This document shows, in pieces, positions 17,641-25,245 of a DNA stretch of 26,671 nt (position 1 is its first letter; every line of letters starts with the position of its first letter). The stretch covers positions 1 through 26,671 of the forward strand of contig JBBISH010000089.1 of assembly GCA_037441385.1 (NCBI GenBank), in the 5' to 3' direction. Both the position numbers and the translations under genes were made by a program. This DNA comes from Myxococcales bacterium. Lineage in GTDB: Bacteria > Myxococcota_A > UBA9042. The notes under the pieces are model-generated. The model did no database searches, was not told the origin of the DNA, and worked only from the letters and a program-made list of their open reading frames with translations.

Positions 17641-18366
17641 ATGCTGCGCCCCGCCCCAGCCCTGGTGTCTGCCCTGGTGTCTGGCCTGGTGGTGTCTGTG
17701 CTGGCGGCCTGTGGGGCCGCGCAACGCGACGGCGCCGACCTGGAGCCGACCAACCGCGCGACCCGCGGCGCGCCACCCGAGCACGCAGGCGAAAAGTGCC
17801 AACGTCCCAGCGACTTGACGCCGGCTGAGCGGGGTGTGATCGAGCAGACCAATGCGCTGCGCAGCAACCCGGCGGCGTTTGCCGCCCACCTAGAGGCGCT
17901 GCGGCCACGGTTCGACGGCAACCTGCTTTTGCTCAGGCCGGGCGAGTACTTGCGCACGCACGAGGGCCTTGCGGCCGTCGACGAAGCCATCGCCGCCCTG
18001 AAGGCCCAGGCGCCCCTGCCGCCACTGCTCGCGTGCCAAGGCCTGGTGCGCGCCGCCCGCGACCACAGCCACGACAGCGGACCCACCGGCCGCGTCGGCC
18101 ACCAAGGCAGTGACGGCAGCTGGCCCGAAGAGCGCGTGCGCCGCTACGGCAAATGGGTCGCGACCACCGGCGAAAACATCTCGTACGGCTGGGACGACGG
18201 CCTGATGGTGGTGCTGCAGCTCCTGATCGACGACGGCGTGCCCAGCCGCGGCCACCGCAGCAACTTGCTCAGCCCCAGTTTTGGCGTACAGGGCGCAGGT
18301 TGCGGGCCACACCAGGGCTTTCGCCACCAATGCACCATCGAGTACGCGGGCGATTTCGTCGACTAG
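17641..18366 (+). CDS. CAP (SCP/PR-1) domain lipoprotein
   Basis: TNALRSNP, AARDHS, GHQGSDGS, GENISYG and LLIDDGVPSRGHRSNLL. Lipobox VLAA-C. GGAGG RBS. Confidence 0.9.
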   Translation: MLRPAPALVSALVSGLVVSVLAACGAAQRDGADLEPTNRATRGAPPEHAGEKCQRPSDLTPAERGVIEQTNALRSNPAAFAAHLEALRPRFDGNLLLLRPGEYLRTHEGLAAVDEAIAALKAQAPLPPLLACQGLVRAARDHSHDSGPTGRVGHQGSDGSWPEERVRRYGKWVATTGENISYGWDDGLMVVLQLLIDDGVPSRGHRSNLLSPSFGVQGAGCGPHQGFRHQCTIEYAGDFVD

Positions 18367-18414
18367 TACGCCAAATCTCAAATTCTTTCGGGGTTGCCGT
18401 CGTTGGCGTACTAG
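18363..18414. repeat. Perfect 12-bp inverted repeat CTAGTACGCCAA/TTGGCGTACTAG
   Basis: Arms at 18363-18374 and 18403-18414. Overlaps the TAG stop of the CAP gene. Confidence 0.8.
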
Positions 18415-18474
18415 GCGGCACGAGCCGCACGCGGGGGTCCCAGGGGGCGGCGCGCCCCCTTCACTTGCTGAAAA

Positions 18475-18539
18475 GGCCAGTACTACAAACCATTCGAAAG
18501 GCATAACCCTGAATGAACTTCGGGTTTGTAGTACTAGCC
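18475..18539. repeat. Inverted repeat GGCCAGTACTACAAACC/GGTTTGTAGTACTAGCC (16/17)
   Basis: Arms at 18475-18491 and 18523-18539, with an AT-rich spacer. It abuts the stop of the convergent phosphoesterase gene. Confidence 0.8.
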
Positions 18540-18540
18540 G

Positions 18541-20025
18541 CTACTCGTCCAGCAGCACCACGTCCACCGGCTGACTCCGCGCCGGATGCCAGCTCAGCAA
18601 CTCGCCCTGATGACGGCGAACCCGCAGAAACGTGTATTGAACCCGATCGCGCGGCAGCAGCACGTCGTGCGTAAAGACCGCGATCCACGTCCCGGTGTTG
18701 TAGTACCAGCCGCGCGAAGTGGGGTGCGGCAGGCGCGCAACCGTTTCGTCGTGCGTGTGCCCAAAGGCGACCAGAGGCACCTCGATCTGGGCGGCGATGC
18801 GGGCGGCCGCTTCGGGCAGCGGATTCGGCTCGTCTGCCGGGCGCTCGCGCAAGAGCAGCAGGGTGCCGCCCAGGGTCAAACCGCTGAAAAACACAAAGGT
18901 CATCACCACGAACCACAATGTCTTGATCGGCGCACTCAAGTCCGCGTGCTGCAGCAGGTCCAGGGCGAAAAACCACACCGCGGCCACCAACAGCGTGCCC
19001 AAAATCGCGATCCCCATCGCGCGCACCAGGTTGCGGGTCAGCGTCTCTACGGCGGCCACTACGTCGCCGCGCAGCTGTTTATGCGCCTCGATGCGGTGCA
19101 ACTGCTCGCCCAGGCCGCTCTGTTCGGCCAGGGCCGCCAACTCGGCCTGGTGCACTTGCGGCAGCGCACTGGGGGGCTGCAGCTTGCGCAAGGCCAGACG
19201 CCGCAACCACCGGAAGGCAAATGGCAACTGCCGGGTCGCCGCGTGAATGAGCAAGGTGGGGTTGTTCAGCAACAGCCAGCGGCCATTGCGGAAATTGGCC
19301 CGCGACGACGGCACGATAAACGTGATGGGGCCAAAGCCGTTGTAAAGATAGCGCTGAAAGAAGTTGCCCAGTGGCTGATCCACTTCGGTGTCGTCGGCAT
19401 CGGCGGGGTTCAGGCCTCCGCGCAAGTACCATTGAAAAGCATTTTCAGGATCGTACTGGCAACCGTGCTCGATCCACACCCGGCCTGGCTCGTAGTAGAA
19501 CCACGGATGGAAGCTGAGCAATTCCGCGGTGAGCTCGTTGCCGTTGCCGTCCATGCCGTCGATGGCGCTGGCCACGGCCCGCCGCAGTACCTCTTGCACC
19601 TGCGGCCACTGCAGCTCGATGTCGTGATTCCCCGGCAAGAACACCAGCGGCAAGCCGCCCAGCAGGGCCGCGGCCAGGGCGTGCACAAAGGTGGGGTGGC
19701 CGTCCAAGATGCACTGCAGCGTGCGCGTGGCCTGCTCGGGGGTAAGGTACGGCGGAGCCTGGCGATTCCCAGCCTCGGGCTCGACGCGCAACAGGTCAAA
19801 CGTGTCGCCGTTGAAGATGAGGCGCGGCTTGTGCGCCTGCCCCTGGGCCGACCGGCACAGCCACTCGACGAACCCCAGGAAGTCCTTGTCGTAGAAGAAC
19901 GCTTCCAGCGCCCAGAACCGCCCCGAATCCGGGTTCTTGCCGCGGCCCAGGTGGAAATCCGAGACCACGATCAGATCGCGCAGCGCGTCCGAGTCGGCCC
20001 GAAGTGGTAGAGGGGATGGATTCAT
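18541..20025 (-). CDS. Calcineurin-like metallophosphoesterase (LpxH-like motifs) with a two-TM insertion
   Basis: SDFHLG, NGDTFD, PGNHD, EHG, FGHTH and YYNTGTW. Two hydrophobic helices lie before the last motif. ATG 20025. Confidence 0.88.
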   Translation of the reverse strand: MNPSPLPLRADSDALRDLIVVSDFHLGRGKNPDSGRFWALEAFFYDKDFLGFVEWLCRSAQGQAHKPRLIFNGDTFDLLRVEPEAGNRQAPPYLTPEQATRTLQCILDGHPTFVHALAAALLGGLPLVFLPGNHDIELQWPQVQEVLRRAVASAIDGMDGNGNELTAELLSFHPWFYYEPGRVWIEHGCQYDPENAFQWYLRGGLNPADADDTEVDQPLGNFFQRYLYNGFGPITFIVPSSRANFRNGRWLLLNNPTLLIHAATRQLPFAFRWLRRLALRKLQPPSALPQVHQAELAALAEQSGLGEQLHRIEAHKQLRGDVVAAVETLTRNLVRAMGIAILGTLLVAAVWFFALDLLQHADLSAPIKTLWFVVMTFVFFSGLTLGGTLLLLRERPADEPNPLPEAAARIAAQIEVPLVAFGHTHDETVARLPHPTSRGWYYNTGTWIAVFTHDVLLPRDRVQYTFLRVRRHQGELLSWHPARSQPVDVVLLDE

Positions 20026-20074
20026 CGGCGCCCGTGGCTGCGCCGCAGTGCGGGATCGGTCAGCCAAAGGCAGG

Positions 20075-21253
20075 CTAGTCCGCACCGGCAAGCCCGTCAA
20101 CCGCGGGCGCGATCTGGCCAATTCGCCGATAGCCGCGCGCAATACCCAGGCCACGCAGGGCCAGCCAGCAGGCCAGCGCCGAGCCCAAGATGAGCGCCAA
20201 GAACAGGGCCCGCGCGTACACCCCCATGTCGTCAAAAAACGTAGGCAGGGCGCCCACCACCAAGCCCAGGCACGGCAATCCAAACGCCGTGGCCGGATAG
20301 CGCGGCATCAGCAAATAGGCCGCCGTCAGGGTCACGGGCATCGTCGCCTGAAAAATGACCAAGCCGGGCAGCAAACCCCACGGCGTAGCGCCAGTGAACG
20401 CGATCATCGGCGCCGACAGCAAAAGCGCGCCCACGCTGGTTTCGAGCCAACCGATGCGGTCCGAGACCAGCCCACCCAGCGTCTTGCCCAAAAAGCCCGC
20501 GAGCGGGATGCCCATCAGCAAAACCAACGACTTGGGGCAGCCGCGCGCACCGGCAAAACCCACGAACGACCGCACCATGACCGACGCGAGCAACAGGCCC
20601 AGCACCGTCCACCACAGCGCCGCCCGCTCGTTGGGGATGAAGGTGGTCGCGGCGGGATCATTGAACTTCAAGGGGTTCTGAGCCCGAGGATTGCGGACGC
20701 GCCAAGCCGTGACCATCGCAGCTGCCAGCGCCAAGAAGAGCGGCCACGTCGGCAGGTCGGCGGCTCGCCCCAGCGCCATGCCCAGGCCCAACCCCAGCGC
20801 CCCCGGTGCCACGAACACGCCGGCCGGCGCGGCCCGACCGCGAGCGCCCACCAGCACCAAAGCCCCGGCGCCCAAGTGGAAAAGCGCGTTGCCCACGCCG
20901 GCCACCACCATCGTCGCGGCGGCCGAGTGCGGCACCAGCGCCAGCCCTACCCCCGACAGCATCAGTCCAGCCAGCAACGCGCCGCGCAACGCCCCCAGGC
21001 GGTCGACCACGTAGCCCAGCGGCAGTTGCAGACCAAAGGCCAACAGGTCGTAACCCAGCACCAGCCCAAAGGGACCGAGCACGTCGCCCTCGGCAAAGCC
21101 GGCGGCGCGGGTGATCGCCGTCACCGTGGTCAAGTCGACCAGCAAGTGCATTGCCCCGTACACGATGGGCAGTCCGGCGGTCACGGCCGGCGCGGGCGCC
21201 ACCTGGGCCGGGGCAGCGGAACTCGGGATCGGGACGGCAACAGCGGTCGACAT
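20075..21253 (-). CDS. MFS-like multi-pass membrane protein
   Basis: About 12 hydrophobic segments. Motif-A-like loops GYVVDRLG and GLVSDRIG. Ends 49 nt upstream of the phosphoesterase on the same strand. Confidence 0.8.
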   Translation of the reverse strand: MSTAVAVPIPSSAAPAQVAPAPAVTAGLPIVYGAMHLLVDLTTVTAITRAAGFAEGDVLGPFGLVLGYDLLAFGLQLPLGYVVDRLGALRGALLAGLMLSGVGLALVPHSAAATMVVAGVGNALFHLGAGALVLVGARGRAAPAGVFVAPGALGLGLGMALGRAADLPTWPLFLALAAAMVTAWRVRNPRAQNPLKFNDPAATTFIPNERAALWWTVLGLLLASVMVRSFVGFAGARGCPKSLVLLMGIPLAGFLGKTLGGLVSDRIGWLETSVGALLLSAPMIAFTGATPWGLLPGLVIFQATMPVTLTAAYLLMPRYPATAFGLPCLGLVVGALPTFFDDMGVYARALFLALILGSALACWLALRGLGIARGYRRIGQIAPAVDGLAGAD

Positions 21254-21408
21254 GGCGCGGGTTCCCCCAAAGGACAGACACCTGGGCCCCGATTGCAGCA
21301 CAAGGCGCGCCGGCCGTCACGCGCATTCCAGGTTGCCTGGCACGGCGGGCGTGGTGTTCAATGGGTCGCGACTGGCGGCCCGCGTCGCCCCTGCTTAGGA
21401 GCTCGTCC

Positions 21409-22506
21409 ATGCAGCCCGTCCGGCTCGATTCCCCTGGCCTGCACCTGCGCGGGTTCGCCGGCCCCAACCGCGCGGAGCTGACCGCGGTGGCGCTGCCCTT
21501 GGCGACCGACACGCCCGGCGCCGTGGTCCAGCGGTTGCGGGAGGCCCTGGCTCCCTACGCCGCCAAGGTCGTCAAGGCCGACGTGTTTGGCGCACTGGGC
21601 CTGCGATCGACCCTGGGCGCCGAGTTGCAGGCCTGGCTGGGCGACGTGCCCGTGACGTGGGTGGCCGGCGAGGGCTGCGGAGTCGAGGCCATGGCCGGCC
21701 TTACGGTGCAAGCCGTGACCGGCGACCCGGCGCGCGTCCTCTGGGCCAGCGGCAAGCCAGTGGGCGTGCTGACAGACGATGGCGAGTGCACTTGGCTGTG
21801 GCTGGGGGATCTGCATCCGGCGCCTGCGCCGCAGCGGCCGGCCGACCAGGCCAAGGACCTGTTCGATCAGGTGGCGGAAGCCATCCGCGCCGCCGGGCTC
21901 CCGTCGGCCAGCCTGGCCAGAACCTGGTTCTACTTCGAGAATTTGCTCAGTTGGTACGGGGACTTCAACGCCGCCCGCACCCACTGCTTTGTCGAGCGCG
22001 GTTGGCTCGCGCAACTTCCGGCGAGCACGGGCATCGATGCCGCCAACGCCCACGGCAGCGCGCTGGTCGGCGGAGCCCTGGCGGTGGCACCTACCGCGGC
22101 AACCGCGAGCGTACAAGTGCTTGAATCACCGATGCAAGGACCTGCACCAGCCTATGGCAGCTCGTTCAGCCGGGCTGTCGAAGTGCGCTCGGCCGGCCTG
22201 CAGCGCGTGTGGATCTCGGGCACCGCCAGCATCGACCGCTCTGGCGTCACCGCACATGCGGGCGACCTGGAAGGACAAATCAGCCTCACGTTTGCGGTGA
22301 TTCGCGCCCTGCTCCGCTCGCGCAGCCTGGACTGGCCAAACGTGACCCGCGCGGTCGCGTACGTGGACCAGCCCAAGTACGCGGGGCCGTTGCGAGCCTG
22401 GTTGGCGCGCGAAAATCTACAGTTGCCGCTGGTCATTTGCCGGGCCGGCATTTGCCGCGACAACCTACTCGTCGAAGTTGAGCTTGACGCCGCAATGGCC
22501 ACCTGA
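21409..22506 (+). CDS. Multi-domain YjgF/Rid-fold enzyme, FkbO/Hyg5 chorismatase-like
   Basis: RTWFY...FNAAR, PASTGI, YGSSFSRA, ISGTASID..G...H.GD...Q and ICRDNLLVEVE. ATG 21409 follows AGGAG. Confidence 0.8.
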   Translation: MQPVRLDSPGLHLRGFAGPNRAELTAVALPLATDTPGAVVQRLREALAPYAAKVVKADVFGALGLRSTLGAELQAWLGDVPVTWVAGEGCGVEAMAGLTVQAVTGDPARVLWASGKPVGVLTDDGECTWLWLGDLHPAPAPQRPADQAKDLFDQVAEAIRAAGLPSASLARTWFYFENLLSWYGDFNAARTHCFVERGWLAQLPASTGIDAANAHGSALVGGALAVAPTAATASVQVLESPMQGPAPAYGSSFSRAVEVRSAGLQRVWISGTASIDRSGVTAHAGDLEGQISLTFAVIRALLRSRSLDWPNVTRAVAYVDQPKYAGPLRAWLARENLQLPLVICRAGICRDNLLVEVELDAAMAT

Positions 22507-22616
22507 ATTGGAGGTGGACGGATCCGCCGCATCTGGGCAAAATAGCGCCGTGCTGCCAACCCGGTAGCGTCGTGCGTCCGTGGCGGGCGCGCGCAGCCCC
22601 AACTGGAGCCCGACTC

Positions 22617-24812
22617 ATGAGTGGAATCAAGTGGATAGCTAGCACTCTGGCCACACTGGCGGCGTGCCTCGCCCTGACCAGCATCGCCTCGGCGGCGGTC
22701 CCAACGACCATCGGGATCGAAGGCGTGGTCACCTCTGCAGGCGGTGGGGCTGCGGCCGATGGCGCGTACGGCGTCGCCTTTGCCCTTTACCCCCAGGCCA
22801 GCGGCGGCACCGCCGTCTGGAGCGAGACCGGCGGCCAGATCACGGTCAAGTCAGGGTCGTTCACCTACGCCCTGGGCGCCAAAGCGCCGCTGTCGGCCGC
22901 GACTTTGGCCGCCGCCAGCGACTTGTACCTGGGCATGTCTGTGGGCAGCGACCCCGAGCTGCCGCGCGTTCCGCTCCGTTCCGACGCCTATGCCCTGGTC
23001 GCCGACACCGCGCTCAAGGCCAACGGGCTCGAGTGCTCGGGCTGCATCAAGGCCGGTGCGCTGGACAGCGCTATCCTGCAACCCTATGCCAAGACAAGCG
23101 ATCTAAGCACCTATGCCAAGGCCGCGGACTTGACCGGTCTAGCCAAGACCGCCGATTTGGCCGCGTATGCCAAGTCCAGCGACCTGGCGGCCTACGCCAA
23201 GTCCGCGGACCTGAGCGCCTATGCCAAGTCGTCCGACCTCAGCGCCTACGTCAAGGCCGCGTCGCTCGCCACGGTGGCCGGCACCGGCAAATACTCGGAT
23301 CTGACTGGGCTGCCGGTGCTGGCGGCGGTGGGTTCGGCGTGCGGCAGCGGCCTGGTGGTCAAGGGCCTCAAAGCCGACGGCAGCATGGACTGCATCAACC
23401 CCTTTGACGCGGCCGGGCCAGACACGCTCAGCAAGCTGTCGATGGGCCTGCTCAGCAACAAGTATGCCGAAGTGGTGCCCAGCGCGGCCGCCTTTGACAT
23501 CAAGGACAACGACCCCACGGGTTCGTCCAACGGCATCATTGCGGTACCCGACCTGGGCAACGCGATCGACCTCACGGTCAGCATCGAGCTGACGACCAAG
23601 GACGCGTCGGGGCTGATCTTGCGCCTGTACGACCCCAACAACACCGAGTATGTGCTCTACAACAAGACCAGCACGGGCACGACGCTCAAGCTCACCCTGC
23701 CCACGCCGGACAAGCTGGCCTCGGGCGACTTGACCACTTGGGTTGGCAAGAACCCCAAGGGCAACTGGCAGTTGGCAGTGGCTGATACCAAAGCCAATGG
23801 CGGCGGTATCGACGGACAGGTCAGCAAGTGGTCGATCAACGTGGGCATCTGGTCCGACAAGAAGGTCGCCCTGGGCGGCAATCTGGTCTTTACCGCCAAC
23901 AGCCAGGCCTGCAACGCCTGGCAGAAAGGTGCCGTCCGCTGGAACGATCTGGTCGCCGGCCTGCAAATTTGCGACGGCAGCAACTGGTTCCCGCGCCTGC
24001 TCGGCACGACCCAGACCGACCCGGGCCTGACCTGCCTGGACATCAAGACGCAAGCGCCCAACGCCAAGTCCGGCACCTACTGGATCGACCCGGACGGCTC
24101 GGCCAGTACCATCGCGCCGTTCCAAGTCTATTGCGACCAGGAAACCGGCGACGGCGGCTGGACGCTGGTGGCCAAGGTCAAGGGCAAGGACGCGACCATG
24201 AACCGCCTCAACACCGCACAGTGGCGCACCAAGACACCGATCGCCAACCAAGACTGCACCACCACCAAGGACGAGAACGCCCTGTGCTCGGCCTACGACA
24301 AGGTGCCGTTCCAAGACGTGATGATCCGTTCGCTGGCCAAGCCCAACCGCAACCTGGCTTGGCGCCACCGCGACACCTACGCCAGCGCTTGGGCCGTGGT
24401 CAACGCGGGCGCCCGCGTCATGACGCAGAACAAGCTCTTCGGCTCGGTGAACACGCTGGACTACAACGGCGACCAGTTCTACTTCCGCGACTGCGGCGAT
24501 CTGGCCTACGGCTGGTTCACCGCGGACTGGTCGCAGAACTACAACGGCATCGCCGGCCACGCCTTGGTCCACGGCCACTCGGGCGGCGTGGTGGGTGCCT
24601 CGCTCTTCGATCCGGGCGCCTGGGCCAACGGCAAGACCTACGGCCCCAGCAGCTACTCAACGGTGCACTGCGTCACCGACTTTTCGCTGGGCAGCTGCTA
24701 CGACAACTGCAACAACGGCGGCAACGATACCTACTCGATCAATGCCCACTGGTGGGGCAACGGCAACGAGTACACCTGGGACTGGAACAGCCACGGTCTG
24801 TTCGTTCGGTAG
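22617..24812 (+). CDS. Secreted mosaic fibre/adhesin-like protein: N-terminal domain, 9-aa repeats, proprotein-convertase P domain and fibrinogen-like domain
   Basis: Signal peptide ending ASA-A. P-domain-like segment DIKDND...DLTVSIEL...L.LYDP...NPKGNWQLAVAD...WSI. Fibrinogen-like CLDIK..SGTYWIDPDG..FQVYCDQETGDGGWTLV. GGAG RBS. Confidence 0.85.
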   Translation: MSGIKWIASTLATLAACLALTSIASAAVPTTIGIEGVVTSAGGGAAADGAYGVAFALYPQASGGTAVWSETGGQITVKSGSFTYALGAKAPLSAATLAAASDLYLGMSVGSDPELPRVPLRSDAYALVADTALKANGLECSGCIKAGALDSAILQPYAKTSDLSTYAKAADLTGLAKTADLAAYAKSSDLAAYAKSADLSAYAKSSDLSAYVKAASLATVAGTGKYSDLTGLPVLAAVGSACGSGLVVKGLKADGSMDCINPFDAAGPDTLSKLSMGLLSNKYAEVVPSAAAFDIKDNDPTGSSNGIIAVPDLGNAIDLTVSIELTTKDASGLILRLYDPNNTEYVLYNKTSTGTTLKLTLPTPDKLASGDLTTWVGKNPKGNWQLAVADTKANGGGIDGQVSKWSINVGIWSDKKVALGGNLVFTANSQACNAWQKGAVRWNDLVAGLQICDGSNWFPRLLGTTQTDPGLTCLDIKTQAPNAKSGTYWIDPDGSASTIAPFQVYCDQETGDGGWTLVAKVKGKDATMNRLNTAQWRTKTPIANQDCTTTKDENALCSAYDKVPFQDVMIRSLAKPNRNLAWRHRDTYASAWAVVNAGARVMTQNKLFGSVNTLDYNGDQFYFRDCGDLAYGWFTADWSQNYNGIAGHALVHGHSGGVVGASLFDPGAWANGKTYGPSSYSTVHCVTDFSLGSCYDNCNNGGNDTYSINAHWWGNGNEYTWDWNSHGLFVR
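23082..23270 (+). repeat. Seven 27-bp tandem units encoding xYAKxxDLx
   Basis: PYAKTSDLS TYAKAADLT GLAKTADLA AYAKSSDLA AYAKSADLS AYAKSSDLS AYVKAASLA. Confidence 0.9.
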
Positions 24813-24859
24813 CGCTGCGCGAAACGCTCGTCCAGCTGCAGGCACGTGGCCCTGCCTTA

Positions 24860-24925
24860 TACGCACCCCGGTTCGGGCCCAAAGAATTGCTCGAGTTTTC
24901 GATCCGATTCCGACGGAACTGGGAT
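24860..24925 (+). mobile_element. Palindromic MITE-like repeat, copy D (short form, 66 nt)
   Basis: TACGCACCCC joins directly to GGTTCGGGCCC..AGAATTGC..GAGTTTTCG..CCGA.T..GACGGA. This is the layout of copy A minus 4801-4867. Flanked by (T)TA and (T)TG. Confidence 0.7.
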
Positions 24926-25245
24926 TGCCGGTCGCTTACTCTGCCGCCGCGTCGAATGGCCCTGTCGGGTAGCGGCGCCGGTTGCCCGACGCTCATCGGC
25001 ATCTCGGCGCAGGCCATGGTTCGCCGCGCTCGAGCTACCTCGCCGCGGTCCAGCCGGACTTGGCGCGAGGCGCTGGCAACTGCGGGCCCACCTTGCAGGT
25101 CGGGCTAACCTCGCGCGATTTCGCGCGCAAGGGCCCCACCGCGGCCACATCCCCTGAGCCAGAAAGGCGCCCTCGCCGCGGTTGGTGAGGAATAGACAGG
25201 GCGCCAGCCCTGTTGGGTTGTTTCGTACCTCAGGACGTGTGAAGC

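Noticed and set aside
23082..23270. CRISPR array or DGR repeat (also considered for 12459-12566)
   Set aside because: These are contiguous, in-frame coding tandem repeats without spacers, and there are no cas or reverse transcriptase genes in the window.
22617..24812. Prophage tail gene
   Set aside because: It has a Sec signal peptide and host-like codons, and no other phage genes are nearby.
25145..25245. Glycine or TPP riboswitch (CTCAGG and CTGAG words)
   Set aside because: The other conserved blocks (GGAGA..CCGAAG for glycine; CTGAGA..ACCTG..GGGA for TPP) are missing.
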